Below are positions 39,410 through 48,725 of a DNA stretch of 64,000 bases, piece after piece. The stretch lies in the IMG/VR virus record IMGVR_UViG_3300009158_000031, positions 190,394-254,393 of that record, one strand, 5' to 3'. Each line of letters starts with the position of its first letter. Positions within the stretch are counted from its first letter, which is position 1. Both the position numbers and the translations under genes were made by a program. Under the pieces are notes generated by a model. It worked only from the letters and a program-made list of their open reading frames with translations. It was not told where the DNA came from and ran no database searches.

Positions 39410-39604
39410 ATGGAAAATAATTTTGAAGTATCCGATCTTGAATTACTCACAACATCGGAATTAAAAACTCTACTAATCGATTTATTCGATGGTAATGCAG
39501 GTGAAATTCTTTATGGTTTTCGAGAAATGGGAATTACCAAAGATGCTAATCTTAAATCGGCAATAATCCGATACATCATTCGTAAACAACCCATCAATGC
39601 ATAA
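39410..39604 (+). CDS. hypothetical early protein
   Basis: ORF after promoter. Confidence 0.6.
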   Translation: MENNFEVSDLELLTTSELKTLLIDLFDGNAGEILYGFREMGITKDANLKSAIIRYIIRKQPINA

Positions 39605-39917
39605 ACGAAGAAGCGATCGTAACCATCTCATCTACAAAATAGAAAATCTCTCAACCGGAGAATTCTATATAGGAGTTACAGTCGTAACCGGTAGAGCATA
39701 TCTTAAATCTCTTAAATCTCGATGGAAGCGACATATCTATAAAGCAATGGTGCTTCGTGAAGAATGGTTATTTCCAAAAGCGATTCGCGAATATGGCGAA
39801 TCTCAATTTAAACCTGAGATTATCGAAATTGTACGTGGTAAATCTACCGCATTCGGAAGAGAATCTCAACTTATTAACGAAATCCGACCAGCATACAACA
39901 CACGAATGAAATGTTAA
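39597..39917 (+). CDS. GIY-YIG nuclease
   Basis: LIYKIEN..TGEFYIG..RWKRH...AIREYG...E...YN. Confidence 0.85.
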   Translation: MHKRRSDRNHLIYKIENLSTGEFYIGVTVVTGRAYLKSLKSRWKRHIYKAMVLREEWLFPKAIREYGESQFKPEIIEIVRGKSTAFGRESQLINEIRPAYNTRMKC

Positions 39918-39995
39918 TAACTTTTTTACATTTAGCCAAAAATAAGTTTCAAAAAATTTTTTTATTCCAATAAAAAGTATTATATTTGTTATATC
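39912..39995 (+). promoter_or_regulatory. promoter repeat copy 8 (box 21 bp further upstream)
   Basis: TGTTAATAAC 39912, TATTCC 39963, TATATTTG. Confidence 0.8.
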
Positions 39996-40027
39996 AATTT
40001 AATATTAATCTTTTAAACTCAAAAAAT

Positions 40028-40339
40028 ATGAAATCTAAATCAAGTATCGAAAAAATTGCTGCAATTCAATCATTAGTATCGAAATCATTTAACATCGAAC
40101 TACCTAAATTACTTTCACCATCTCGTACTGGTGAAATTGCATACATTCGCCAAATATCAATGTATCTATGCAGATTCAACACAACCGCTTCTCTTAAAAT
40201 AATTGCGGCCGAACATAATCGTACTAATCACGGTACCGTTATCCATGCTTCCGAAGTAATTGGATTCGATTATCGCAAAAACGAAAAAGTACGTAATCAA
40301 ATCATCGCATTAGAAACCCAAATTAAAACAATAGCATAA
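40028..40339 (+). CDS. stand-alone DnaA domain IV (C-terminal HTH) protein
   Basis: LLSPSR...AYIRQISMYLCR..T..SL..I....NRTNHGTVIHA; start moved to ATG 40028. Confidence 0.85.
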   Translation: MKSKSSIEKIAAIQSLVSKSFNIELPKLLSPSRTGEIAYIRQISMYLCRFNTTASLKIIAAEHNRTNHGTVIHASEVIGFDYRKNEKVRNQIIALETQIKTIA

Positions 40340-40341
40340 TC

Positions 40342-40596
40342 ATGAAAGTACACGAAAAAGCAAAATTATACGATTCACTCATAAAAGATTATGAGGAACT
40401 TATCACCGAAATGCAAAATCATTCAAACTCTATTAAAGAAATTGAAACTCGAGAAGATCTTAAAGAAATGAAGGAAAATAACGTTTCAACTTATTATCCT
40501 CTTTTAGCCGGAACCTATCAAGGTTCTAACTTTGGTTTAGATCTTAAAATCTCAAGAGCTCAATCTAATCTTAAATGGTATAAAGGCATAAAATAA
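40342..40596 (+). CDS. hypothetical protein
   Basis: Operon ORF. Confidence 0.6.
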   Translation: MKVHEKAKLYDSLIKDYEELITEMQNHSNSIKEIETREDLKEMKENNVSTYYPLLAGTYQGSNFGLDLKISRAQSNLKWYKGIK

Positions 40597-40598
40597 AT

Positions 40599-41801
40599 AT
40601 GGCAACATTAGTTTGGTTAACCCATTCATTTCGTACAGACTCTAGGCTAACATCTAAATTATCCGGTCCTTGTACATTCGTATATTATTCACCATACTAC
40701 TTTGCTGGTGATCGGGAAAAACAAATTCTGAAACAATGTTCAACGGCTAATCTTGAAGCATTTTACGAATCCCTTGATATTATGCGTAAATCGCTTAAGG
40801 CTATTGGCCACGAGTTTTACGTCTTCAAACAATCAAATCCTATTGAACATATCAATAGCCTAATTGATAAACATGGATTTGATCGAGTTGTAATAGATCT
40901 TCCTCTTTTTGGAATGTGGAAAACAACCGATCCAATGCAAATCAAAGTTCCTTTTGAATTAATCGATTCTGATCTTGTCGACGATACTTGTTTTAATATG
41001 ACGGCTAAATCTAGGTGGATGTCACATACTCGCAAAATATCTACACACAAACCAAATCAATGGAATTCTGAAATTGTACCAAATCCTATTAATGAAGCAA
41101 TCAAAAGTTATCCGCAATACACTAAGAATAACTTGATTATGCCTCACATCATAACATCTCGTGCATCGGCTATGGCTCCTACATATGCTCAAACTCGAGA
41201 TAAACATAATGGCCAAACTCGTTTATCTACTGCATTTCAAAATGGTACGGTAGATCCTTGCAATATGTTCTATAGCATCGCAAACGATTTTCTAAAATCT
41301 GGCGCAGACTTCTCGATAAATGAAGGTGCCCATGCTGCAATGCTTCGTCAATTTGCTTTTCGTGAAATGACAATCATTCAAACTCGTCGAGCTAACCTAA
41401 CCATGGAAGATTCCCCAATGCAATGGGCACAACAATTTATAACAGCAACCTCTCTACAAAATCTAAAGAGTCAAACAAATCCAGATAGCACTTTAACATT
41501 TGAACAAATCAAAACGGCTAGTACCAGCGATACATTAATAAATACAATTCTCGCTGAATCGTTTCAAGTTGGTGTAATGCCAAATCGTGCTAGAATGTTC
41601 TTTGCCGGATGGATGTTTTACAATGCACCAACTGGTCAACAAGCACTTGAATGGTTAATCGATACATTTGATCTTCTTCTCTTAGATGGTCAATGTCCTA
41701 CAAATTATACACAATGTACATCCGCTATGAATATGCAATATGGTAAAGTAATGTTGCTTAATCGTCATAACGTTAAAGCATTACTTGCCTACGAAAATTA
41801 A
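40599..41801 (+). CDS. divergent photolyase/cryptochrome-family protein
   Basis: LVWL...R.D, TRLS...G, LRQFAFRE, GVMPNRARM, LLDG...N. Confidence 0.7.
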   Translation: MATLVWLTHSFRTDSRLTSKLSGPCTFVYYSPYYFAGDREKQILKQCSTANLEAFYESLDIMRKSLKAIGHEFYVFKQSNPIEHINSLIDKHGFDRVVIDLPLFGMWKTTDPMQIKVPFELIDSDLVDDTCFNMTAKSRWMSHTRKISTHKPNQWNSEIVPNPINEAIKSYPQYTKNNLIMPHIITSRASAMAPTYAQTRDKHNGQTRLSTAFQNGTVDPCNMFYSIANDFLKSGADFSINEGAHAAMLRQFAFREMTIIQTRRANLTMEDSPMQWAQQFITATSLQNLKSQTNPDSTLTFEQIKTASTSDTLINTILAESFQVGVMPNRARMFFAGWMFYNAPTGQQALEWLIDTFDLLLLDGQCPTNYTQCTSAMNMQYGKVMLLNRHNVKALLAYEN

Positions 41802-41805
41802 TCAA

Positions 41806-41914
41806 GCAACCTTTATTACTGAATCTGACCTGTGATTTTTAACATATAACCTTTATCTAAGGTGATCGAGGAAATAATATAGTTCTTCAGGCAGATTAGG
41901 TAATTCAAGGTTAC
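41806..41914 (+). ncRNA. branched stem-loop in intergenic region
   Basis: ATTACTGAATCTGACCTG pairs with CAGGCAGATTAGGTAAT; AACCTT pairs with AAGGTT. Confidence 0.5.
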
Positions 41915-41976
41915 TCCATCATACTCATATAATTTATACATTTATCTATAGAATTACGACTAATCAAAAACAAAAT

Positions 41977-42441
41977 ATGGCAAAGACTAAAAAACAAATC
42001 GTTGAGCTTACTCCGGTTGAACGAGTATTCGCTGCATTCATGGAAGATTTCAATGATACTGAATTACAAGAAAGACTAGATGGATTTGAAAGAACTCTTA
42101 AATCTCTAAAGGCTCGTTACAATGAATTAGTTCCTAATTTGAATGATGCTTTGAGAGATCAAACAATTTTAAACAAAATGATTTTGGATTCGGCTAAAAT
42201 GAGTTTCATTAATAACGATGCTTTCAAGAGACTTAAGATTGTGGATTCATATCTAGACGAGAACATGGAACTTGCCAATGATCTTAAAAGTAAAATACAA
42301 TCCGAAGAAGATCTTATCCGAAAATATAAAGAGAATTCACATGATCGTCTTTTTCGATGGTGGCAATCTATTAAAGCCGTAGAACCTAACACTATCCCTT
42401 GGTTAGAATGGAAAATCATGTATGATTCCAAGATAATTTAA
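41977..42441 (+). CDS. coiled-coil protein
   Basis: Heptad pattern; after CATATAAT. Confidence 0.65.
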   Translation: MAKTKKQIVELTPVERVFAAFMEDFNDTELQERLDGFERTLKSLKARYNELVPNLNDALRDQTILNKMILDSAKMSFINNDAFKRLKIVDSYLDENMELANDLKSKIQSEEDLIRKYKENSHDRLFRWWQSIKAVEPNTIPWLEWKIMYDSKII

Positions 42442-42444
42442 AAA

Positions 42445-42508
42445 TGTTAATAACTTTCCATCAATAAATTTTTTTATTCCACTTATTTGTTTTATATTTG
42501 TATATACA
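42445..42508 (+). promoter_or_regulatory. promoter repeat copy 9
   Basis: Same architecture and spacing. Confidence 0.8.
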
Positions 42509-42524
42509 ATTTAAAACAATATAT

Positions 42525-42785
42525 ATGCGAACACATGCTTCAACAACTTACTTCGAAACGCAATCATCCGCTTTAAACGAAGCATTTCAACACGTTCAAT
42601 CTCGAGGTTATTTGGTAAACGAACCCGATAATCTATGGACTGAACATGTTTCATACGGAACAACCGTTCACTATAATCTTCCTCTTATTCTCGAACGAAC
42701 AGGTAATCCTGCTCGTAAATGGTTGCATGTAAATCTTCATCGTATGGATTCAGGAAGATATGAATTAAACTACTACTTAAATTAA
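42525..42785 (+). CDS. hypothetical early protein
   Basis: Start moved to MRTH; RMDSGRYELNYY end. Confidence 0.65.
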   Translation: MRTHASTTYFETQSSALNEAFQHVQSRGYLVNEPDNLWTEHVSYGTTVHYNLPLILERTGNPARKWLHVNLHRMDSGRYELNYYLN

Positions 42786-42791
42786 TAAATC

Positions 42792-43019
42792 ATGATAAGA
42801 AAAAAAGAAGAACAAACCGGACCTATCGTTATCGATCTTACTGGTCCTGATGGTAATGCATTCGCCATAATCTCATATGCAAATCGTTTCGCAAAACAAA
42901 TGGAAATGCAACCAAACGATCGAGCACAAATGAATACCGATCTTATGTCTGGAGATTATGAACATCTCCTTCAAGTATTCGATAAGCACTTTGGTGAATT
43001 CGTTATTCTTGAACGATAA
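42792..43019 (+). CDS. conserved small phage protein
   Basis: IDLTGPDGNAF...MSGDYEHLL. Confidence 0.75.
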   Translation: MIRKKEEQTGPIVIDLTGPDGNAFAIISYANRFAKQMEMQPNDRAQMNTDLMSGDYEHLLQVFDKHFGEFVILER

Positions 43020-43024
43020 AAAAA

Positions 43025-43087
43025 TGTTAATAACTTTTTGTCAAAATATTTTTTTATTCCACAAATTTGTTTTATATTTGTTATATC
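43025..43087 (+). promoter_or_regulatory. promoter repeat copy 10
   Basis: Same architecture and spacing. Confidence 0.8.
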
Positions 43088-43110
43088 AAATTAATTAAAA
43101 AATCATATAC

Positions 43111-44205
43111 ATGGAAGCAATCCAATTAACAAATGCTCAAATCCTCAAAGCTGAAAAACGTCATGAACGTTCGAGATTTGCAGATAAGTATCAGCTAAAA
43201 AACCCATACAATGGAACTGAATATTTGTTCCGTGGAATATGGCGTTCAAATCGAGAATTTATTATTTCTCGAGGAACAGAAACTTATTTGGTACCATTTG
43301 ATAATGTGAATCCAAATCCAACAAACGCAAAAATCGAATCTGCTGAGAATCGCAAAATCGAATTGGTACTTATTGATGATCTACATTATGATGATCGTAT
43401 CTTTCAACCAATGCGAACCGGAACCCCAATCGATTACATGTTTTCAAACGATGGTGGAATTTATCCGGCTACAAATTACATGGTTATCGGTGATCCTGGC
43501 ATTGGGAAATCTACACAAACACTTGATCTCCTTGCAAAAATCAAAAAGAACGAACCTCATCGAAAAATACTTTTCATCTCTGGCGAAATGAATCAAATCG
43601 ATATGTATGGTTATGTTAAACGTTATCCATCATTCGGTAAAATACCTACTCTCTTCCTTTGTGATTATCTAGACGAGGATCCTAAAGAAATCATCGAACA
43701 AACATTTAATCAAGGTTGGGATATCATCCTTATCGATTCATTTATCGAAGTTCAAGAATCCGTTCAAGCTTCTTCAAATATGACAAGAACTGCAGCAGAA
43801 AAATGGTTAATCGATATGATGGTCACTCAAAATAAAGGAAACAATGAAGCAAATCTATTTACATCCGTACTTGCAATTCAACAAGTAACTAAGGGTGGTA
43901 ATTTCGTTGGTTCCAATAAATTAAAACATAATACAACCGGTATGATCGAATTAAGATACTCATCCGAATTTACCGGTGATCGTTATGCTAAGGTAACTAA
44001 AAATCGTCGAGGTTTCAAATACGAAAAAATATACTTCTCTCTTGATAATCCACTCGAAGTAGAATACGATCAAAAACGACTTGAACGAGATGAAGAAATT
44101 CGTAAACGTTTACAACGTGAAAAAGAAACTCTTCTTTCCGAGGAAGAGAAATTCAATAAGATTTTCGGTATCATACAACCGGAATTAACCGAAACAGAAA
44201 ATTAA
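43111..44205 (+). CDS. RadA/Sms-like RecA-fold ATPase (no Zn finger or Lon-like domain)
   Basis: GDPGIGKST, ISGE, ILIDS, VTKGG, KNRRG. Confidence 0.8.
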   Translation: MEAIQLTNAQILKAEKRHERSRFADKYQLKNPYNGTEYLFRGIWRSNREFIISRGTETYLVPFDNVNPNPTNAKIESAENRKIELVLIDDLHYDDRIFQPMRTGTPIDYMFSNDGGIYPATNYMVIGDPGIGKSTQTLDLLAKIKKNEPHRKILFISGEMNQIDMYGYVKRYPSFGKIPTLFLCDYLDEDPKEIIEQTFNQGWDIILIDSFIEVQESVQASSNMTRTAAEKWLIDMMVTQNKGNNEANLFTSVLAIQQVTKGGNFVGSNKLKHNTTGMIELRYSSEFTGDRYAKVTKNRRGFKYEKIYFSLDNPLEVEYDQKRLERDEEIRKRLQREKETLLSEEEKFNKIFGIIQPELTETEN

Positions 44206-44245
44206 TCAATAATCCATAAACAAACAAAATCAAAAATAAATAATT

Positions 44246-44758
44246 ATGCAAGCTACAAAAGCAACACCAGTAAGAAAAGATCGCGATCTAATGCGTCAAA
44301 AATCTAATGCCAGTCCTGTTCTCCTTAAACATTGGGAAGCTAATTACACACATTTTCATCGTAATGTAATTAATCCATCATTGTTAAAACAGGAAGATCT
44401 TGGCCTTGAATTTAAACATAAAGAAAGAACTTTTAAAATTATCGGAATGACTTCTATTTGGACAATGATCGTCGAAGAGATTCGCGAACCAGGAATGAAA
44501 CCGGTGTATTGGGAATGTTCTCGACATTTTGTTCAATTCGCATTAGGCCGTAAAATTCAAGAGTACTTCAAAATTAAAGGAAAGATACATGAACGTCCTA
44601 GAGATTATGATGCAGTGCAATTATATCTTCCACCAATTTCCGTTCTTAGAAAATTGAAAATTGATAAGGATGAAGATGAAATTCAAGAAACTAAACCTAA
44701 ATTCGAGATCTTTCAAGAAGACAACACAAAGGACGATTACAATAACGAATACGAATAA
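44246..44758 (+). CDS. hypothetical protein
   Basis: Operon ORF. Confidence 0.6.
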   Translation: MQATKATPVRKDRDLMRQKSNASPVLLKHWEANYTHFHRNVINPSLLKQEDLGLEFKHKERTFKIIGMTSIWTMIVEEIREPGMKPVYWECSRHFVQFALGRKIQEYFKIKGKIHERPRDYDAVQLYLPPISVLRKLKIDKDEDEIQETKPKFEIFQEDNTKDDYNNEYE

Positions 44759-44759
44759 T

Positions 44760-45401
44760 ATGAAATATCTATCAATCGACATAGAAACATCTGGCTTAGA
44801 TCCGGAAAACAATCAGATACTTTCAATCGGAGCAATCATTGAAGATACGGAAAACCGGCTACCATTCGATGAGATTCCTAAATTTCATGTATGCATATTG
44901 ACTGATCAATTAACCGGATCTCCATTTGCACTCGACATGAATCGTGAACTCATCGAATCAATGGTTCATTATCAAACTGCCGAGGATCAAGATGAAAAGA
45001 ATGATTTAGTAAACATGACTGGCATGCAATTCTTACAACGAGATAATGTGGTTGAATCTTTCTACGATTTCTTATTTCGTAATGGAGTCGTGGAAAATGT
45101 TGATTTTCCTATTAATCCAGGATTAAGTTCTAAAATGAAACCGGTAACAATCAATGTAGCCGGTAAGAATTTCGGTACATTCGACAAGTTATTTCTTGAA
45201 CGTTTACCTCGTTGGAAACAAGCAATCCGAATCCGTCAACGAATTATCGATCCATCAATACTTTTCATTGATTGGAAAGCCGATAATGCAATGCCTTCAT
45301 TAAACACCTGCAAAGTTCGAGCAAAAATTGGTGGTATCGTAACTCATAATGCTATCGAAGATGCATGGGATGTAATTCAATTATTAAGAACTCAATATTA
45401 A
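44760..45401 (+). CDS. DEDDh 3'-5' exonuclease
   Basis: SIDIETSGLD, GKNFGTFD, HNAIEDA; start moved to MKYL. Confidence 0.85.
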   Translation: MKYLSIDIETSGLDPENNQILSIGAIIEDTENRLPFDEIPKFHVCILTDQLTGSPFALDMNRELIESMVHYQTAEDQDEKNDLVNMTGMQFLQRDNVVESFYDFLFRNGVVENVDFPINPGLSSKMKPVTINVAGKNFGTFDKLFLERLPRWKQAIRIRQRIIDPSILFIDWKADNAMPSLNTCKVRAKIGGIVTHNAIEDAWDVIQLLRTQY

Positions 45402-45423
45402 TTAAACCTTAAATAAAATCAAA

Positions 45424-45765
45424 ATGGAAATCTACACTGAAAAAAACGAAAAAACTGCATTTAAAAATCTATTGGAGCCAACTCGTAAATTCTTCCTACA
45501 ATTAGGAAATTACCTACTAATCATCATTGCAATTACTGCCGGTTTTTTTATTGGAAAGTATTATGATGAAGTGTTCTCTAAGGATAAACCTGATGCACAA
45601 AAGTTAATCATTACTCAATCAAAAAATGTATCCGTTGCAATCTCACAAAACAGCGAATTGATTATTCTTGATCGTAACACCGGAAGCATCGCAATGTTCT
45701 CGGATACGGTAGGAATAAATATATTCAAGTTATATGCGAATCAAATCGCTGGTTCTATAAAGTAA
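45424..45765 (+). CDS. single-TM protein
   Basis: TM near N-terminus. Confidence 0.6.
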   Translation: MEIYTEKNEKTAFKNLLEPTRKFFLQLGNYLLIIIAITAGFFIGKYYDEVFSKDKPDAQKLIITQSKNVSVAISQNSELIILDRNTGSIAMFSDTVGINIFKLYANQIAGSIK

Positions 45766-45799
45766 ATTAATTCATAAAATCTAAAAAAACGTAAGTAAT

Positions 45800-46336
45800 A
45801 TGAAGAAGCTAAAATTTTTAACCGTTATTGTACTAGGTCTTATCGTTGGCCTAATCCATTTAAGAATGGAAAGTAAAATGTACCCAAAAAACGAAAGCCT
45901 ATCTCTACTTGATTCTGCTAAATCTCTAGGAATTCCACGGAATGCGGATTGCATTCAAATGTTTGAATCTATCGAGAAATGGTCAGAATTCTATAAGATA
46001 CCTAAAAGTTACGCTTATGGAATTGCTTACGAAGAAACTAGATACGAAGGACCCTTTCATTGGAACTATCAATCGGAAAGAATTAGTCCAGTAGGTGCAG
46101 TTGGTCCTATGCAAATTATGATTGCAACTGGAAAATCTATGGATCCATCTGCAAATCGCAAAAGACTTCTAACTGATATTGATTTCAATGTTAGATTATC
46201 AATGAAATTACTTCGCCATTTACATGATCGTTATGGTGATTGGCACAAGGTATTCGGTTGCTACAATACCGGTAGACCTATGGTAAATCAATATTCAAAA
46301 AATGTAGCATCACACAAAATAGATTGGTCATTATGA
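45800..46336 (+). CDS. membrane-anchored lytic transglycosylase (SLT)
   Basis: EET catalytic Glu, GAVGPMQI, YNTG. Confidence 0.85.
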   Translation: MKKLKFLTVIVLGLIVGLIHLRMESKMYPKNESLSLLDSAKSLGIPRNADCIQMFESIEKWSEFYKIPKSYAYGIAYEETRYEGPFHWNYQSERISPVGAVGPMQIMIATGKSMDPSANRKRLLTDIDFNVRLSMKLLRHLHDRYGDWHKVFGCYNTGRPMVNQYSKNVASHKIDWSL

Positions 46337-46560
46337 AAATTAAAATGTTAAGAATAACAGTCGATCAAGCATCAACAATGGCTTGGTTGCATTCATTCAT
46401 TAAAGAATCTACCCAAAACAAAGTAGATACTAGAAATGATTACTTAGAGATATACTCTGAGAAGGAATTAGAAATCATAGTTCATACTACTGAAAAGATT
46501 GATTTAGCTTTATGGCGAAAAAACCTTAATATAGTAATTAAAGAGATACCTTCTGCATAA
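46324..46560 (+). CDS. hypothetical protein
   Basis: Operon ORF. Confidence 0.5.
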   Translation: MVIMKIKMLRITVDQASTMAWLHSFIKESTQNKVDTRNDYLEIYSEKELEIIVHTTEKIDLALWRKNLNIVIKEIPSA

Positions 46561-46574
46561 CAAAGATAGCCGCC

Positions 46575-46647
46575 TGTTGATGTGTATATTACCTTATTAG
46601 GAATCTATTATATGTGATATGCACATCAACACTGGTCTTCTTTTTTT
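46575..46647 (+). terminator. long hairpin followed by T-tract
   Basis: TGTTGATGTGTATATTAC/GTGATATGCACATCAACA 18-bp stem with two G-U pairs. Confidence 0.6.
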
Positions 46648-46670
46648 AATTCATCTTACATATAATAAAT

Positions 46671-47435
46671 ATGAAAACATTAACGATAGGGGATATTCAT
46701 GGTAGACGAGATTGGAAGAAATTCTTATTCGGAAGCAATGATTTATACCGAGAATGGCGAAGAGCCGCAGATATTGGTAAAGTAGATATTGTAAAGAATT
46801 TACTTCCTTTATATGATTATGATAAAGTTATCTTTGTCGGTGATTATGTAGATTCTTTCACGATAGAAAATATTGATATGAAGGAAAATCTACAGGATAT
46901 CATTAACCTAGCTAGATTTGAAAGAGATCGAGTTGTTCTTCTTTTAGGAAATCATGATGTTCAATATTTCATACCTAAGGTTTCTGGATGTTCCGGATTT
47001 AGACCGGAAATGATGTGGGATTTTCAAGAGTTATTTCAAAGAGATCGAGACCTATTTCATTTAGCATTTCAATACAAAGATTGGTTATGGACGCATGCCG
47101 CAATTAACGAAAGATTCTATTCAGATCATATGGAAAACCGACCTCGTCATGGAACAGACGATTGGGCTCAAGTACTCAATGATATGATGATGAGAGAAGA
47201 GCCTCAAGTATTTCAAGTGTCTTTATATCGAGGAGGTGCATCTCTTTATAGCGGTCCTTTATGGACTGATCGAAAAGAATTAGAAAAGGAACCTATGCCT
47301 GGAATCAATCAGATTGTTGGTCATACTCCAGTAGATGATATTATTGAGATTGAAACTCCTAATGCAAACCTAGTATTTGTTGATACTCTAGAAAGAGGAT
47401 CTAATCGACCATTCGAGAAAGTTTTTGATTATTAA
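46671..47435 (+). CDS. calcineurin-like metallophosphoesterase
   Basis: GDIHG, GDYVD, GNHD, THA, GHT. Confidence 0.9.
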   Translation: MKTLTIGDIHGRRDWKKFLFGSNDLYREWRRAADIGKVDIVKNLLPLYDYDKVIFVGDYVDSFTIENIDMKENLQDIINLARFERDRVVLLLGNHDVQYFIPKVSGCSGFRPEMMWDFQELFQRDRDLFHLAFQYKDWLWTHAAINERFYSDHMENRPRHGTDDWAQVLNDMMMREEPQVFQVSLYRGGASLYSGPLWTDRKELEKEPMPGINQIVGHTPVDDIIEIETPNANLVFVDTLERGSNRPFEKVFDY

Positions 47436-48269
47436 ATGGATAGAATTAAAGTTTGGGCATATTGTTTAGCTTGGAATGAGGAGAAGATGCTCACTTATTA
47501 TTTGAGACATTACACCACTTTCTGTGAGCGAGTAATTGTATATGATAATGAATCAACCGATAATTCTAGAGAAATTTGTTCACGATTCCCTAATGTAGAA
47601 TTCCGAACATTTAGCACAAATAATACATTCGACGATTTTGCACACATTGAAATTAAAACTCGATGTGTGCATGAAGCTCGTAATAAAGCAGATTTTGTTA
47701 TTGTCACGGATTGCGATGAATTCGTCTATCATGAAAATATATTGGAATTCTTAAATGCAGCTAAAGGGAAATATTCGGTACTCTATCCTGCAGGTTTCGA
47801 TATGGTATCTGATAAATTTCCTACAACTACTGGATCTATATTCGATGAGGTTAAATCTGGAGTTCCTAATCCCTGGTATTCAAAACCTGTTATACTAGAT
47901 CCTAATTCAGTTTTCGAATTTTCTTGGGTTGAAGGCTGTCATGAATTAGTTAATGATACTCTAATATCATTTGGTGATATTCATCATGTCGTTGAAGAAC
48001 ATGAGATACCTACAGAAAAACCTTACCGAGGACATATGTGGCCTAGATATAAAAAACAATTTGAGATTCTCGATCGATTCTTTGACCATCCTCTTAAATT
48101 ACTACATTGCAAATTCTTAGGTATTGATTATGTTGCTGAAAGGCACGAGGCATATTCTGCTAGATTGAGTGACGTGAATATTAAGTCAGAGTTAGCAAAT
48201 CATTATTCAGATGATCTTCAAAATAAATTTAATGAGTTGAATTCTCAAGTTAAGTCTATTTTAAATTAG
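47436..48269 (+). CDS. glycosyltransferase (GT2-like)
   Basis: WNEE, DNESTD, DCDEF. Confidence 0.8.
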   Translation: MDRIKVWAYCLAWNEEKMLTYYLRHYTTFCERVIVYDNESTDNSREICSRFPNVEFRTFSTNNTFDDFAHIEIKTRCVHEARNKADFVIVTDCDEFVYHENILEFLNAAKGKYSVLYPAGFDMVSDKFPTTTGSIFDEVKSGVPNPWYSKPVILDPNSVFEFSWVEGCHELVNDTLISFGDIHHVVEEHEIPTEKPYRGHMWPRYKKQFEILDRFFDHPLKLLHCKFLGIDYVAERHEAYSARLSDVNIKSELANHYSDDLQNKFNELNSQVKSILN

Positions 48270-48287
48270 ATCTCGGTAATAATTAAA

Positions 48288-48350
48288 TGTTAATAACTTT
48301 TTTCAAAAAGATTTTTTTATTCCGCAAAGATTTATTATATTTGTATATAC
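48288..48350 (+). promoter_or_regulatory. promoter repeat copy 11
   Basis: Same architecture and spacing. Confidence 0.8.
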
Positions 48351-48367
48351 CATTTAATAATAAACAT

Positions 48368-48619
48368 ATGAAAATCAAAAACCAAACCAAAACCGTAATC
48401 AAATCTGAAATTTTATCAATCGCCGAAGAAATGTCTGCTAATGATTTTATCAACGAATTTAGTAGTCTATTAACATTTGAAGATATTGATAATTTACTCG
48501 ATGTAAATGAAGGATTTACTAATGTTTCTATCGAAGTAAAAGATGGTAAAAAATATTTAAAAAATGAAACCATCTTCATCTTATTTTGCGATGGTAAATT
48601 CGATTCATACTCAAATTAA
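48368..48619 (+). CDS. hypothetical early protein
   Basis: Start moved to MKIK after promoter. Confidence 0.6.
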   Translation: MKIKNQTKTVIKSEILSIAEEMSANDFINEFSSLLTFEDIDNLLDVNEGFTNVSIEVKDGKKYLKNETIFILFCDGKFDSYSN

Positions 48620-48638
48620 TAATCTAAACTCGAAAAAA

Positions 48639-48725
48639 ATGAAAAAGTTAAAACAAAACTGGCCAATAGTAGCTATACTAATTTGGTTTACTTTAATTGG
48701 CATAATTGCAGTTAAATTAGGATAA
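48639..48725 (+). CDS. 28-aa single-TM peptide (missing from ORF track)
   Basis: MKKLKQNWPIVAILIWFTLIGIIAVKLG; TAATG-coupled to the RNA ligase. Confidence 0.55.
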   Translation: MKKLKQNWPIVAILIWFTLIGIIAVKLG

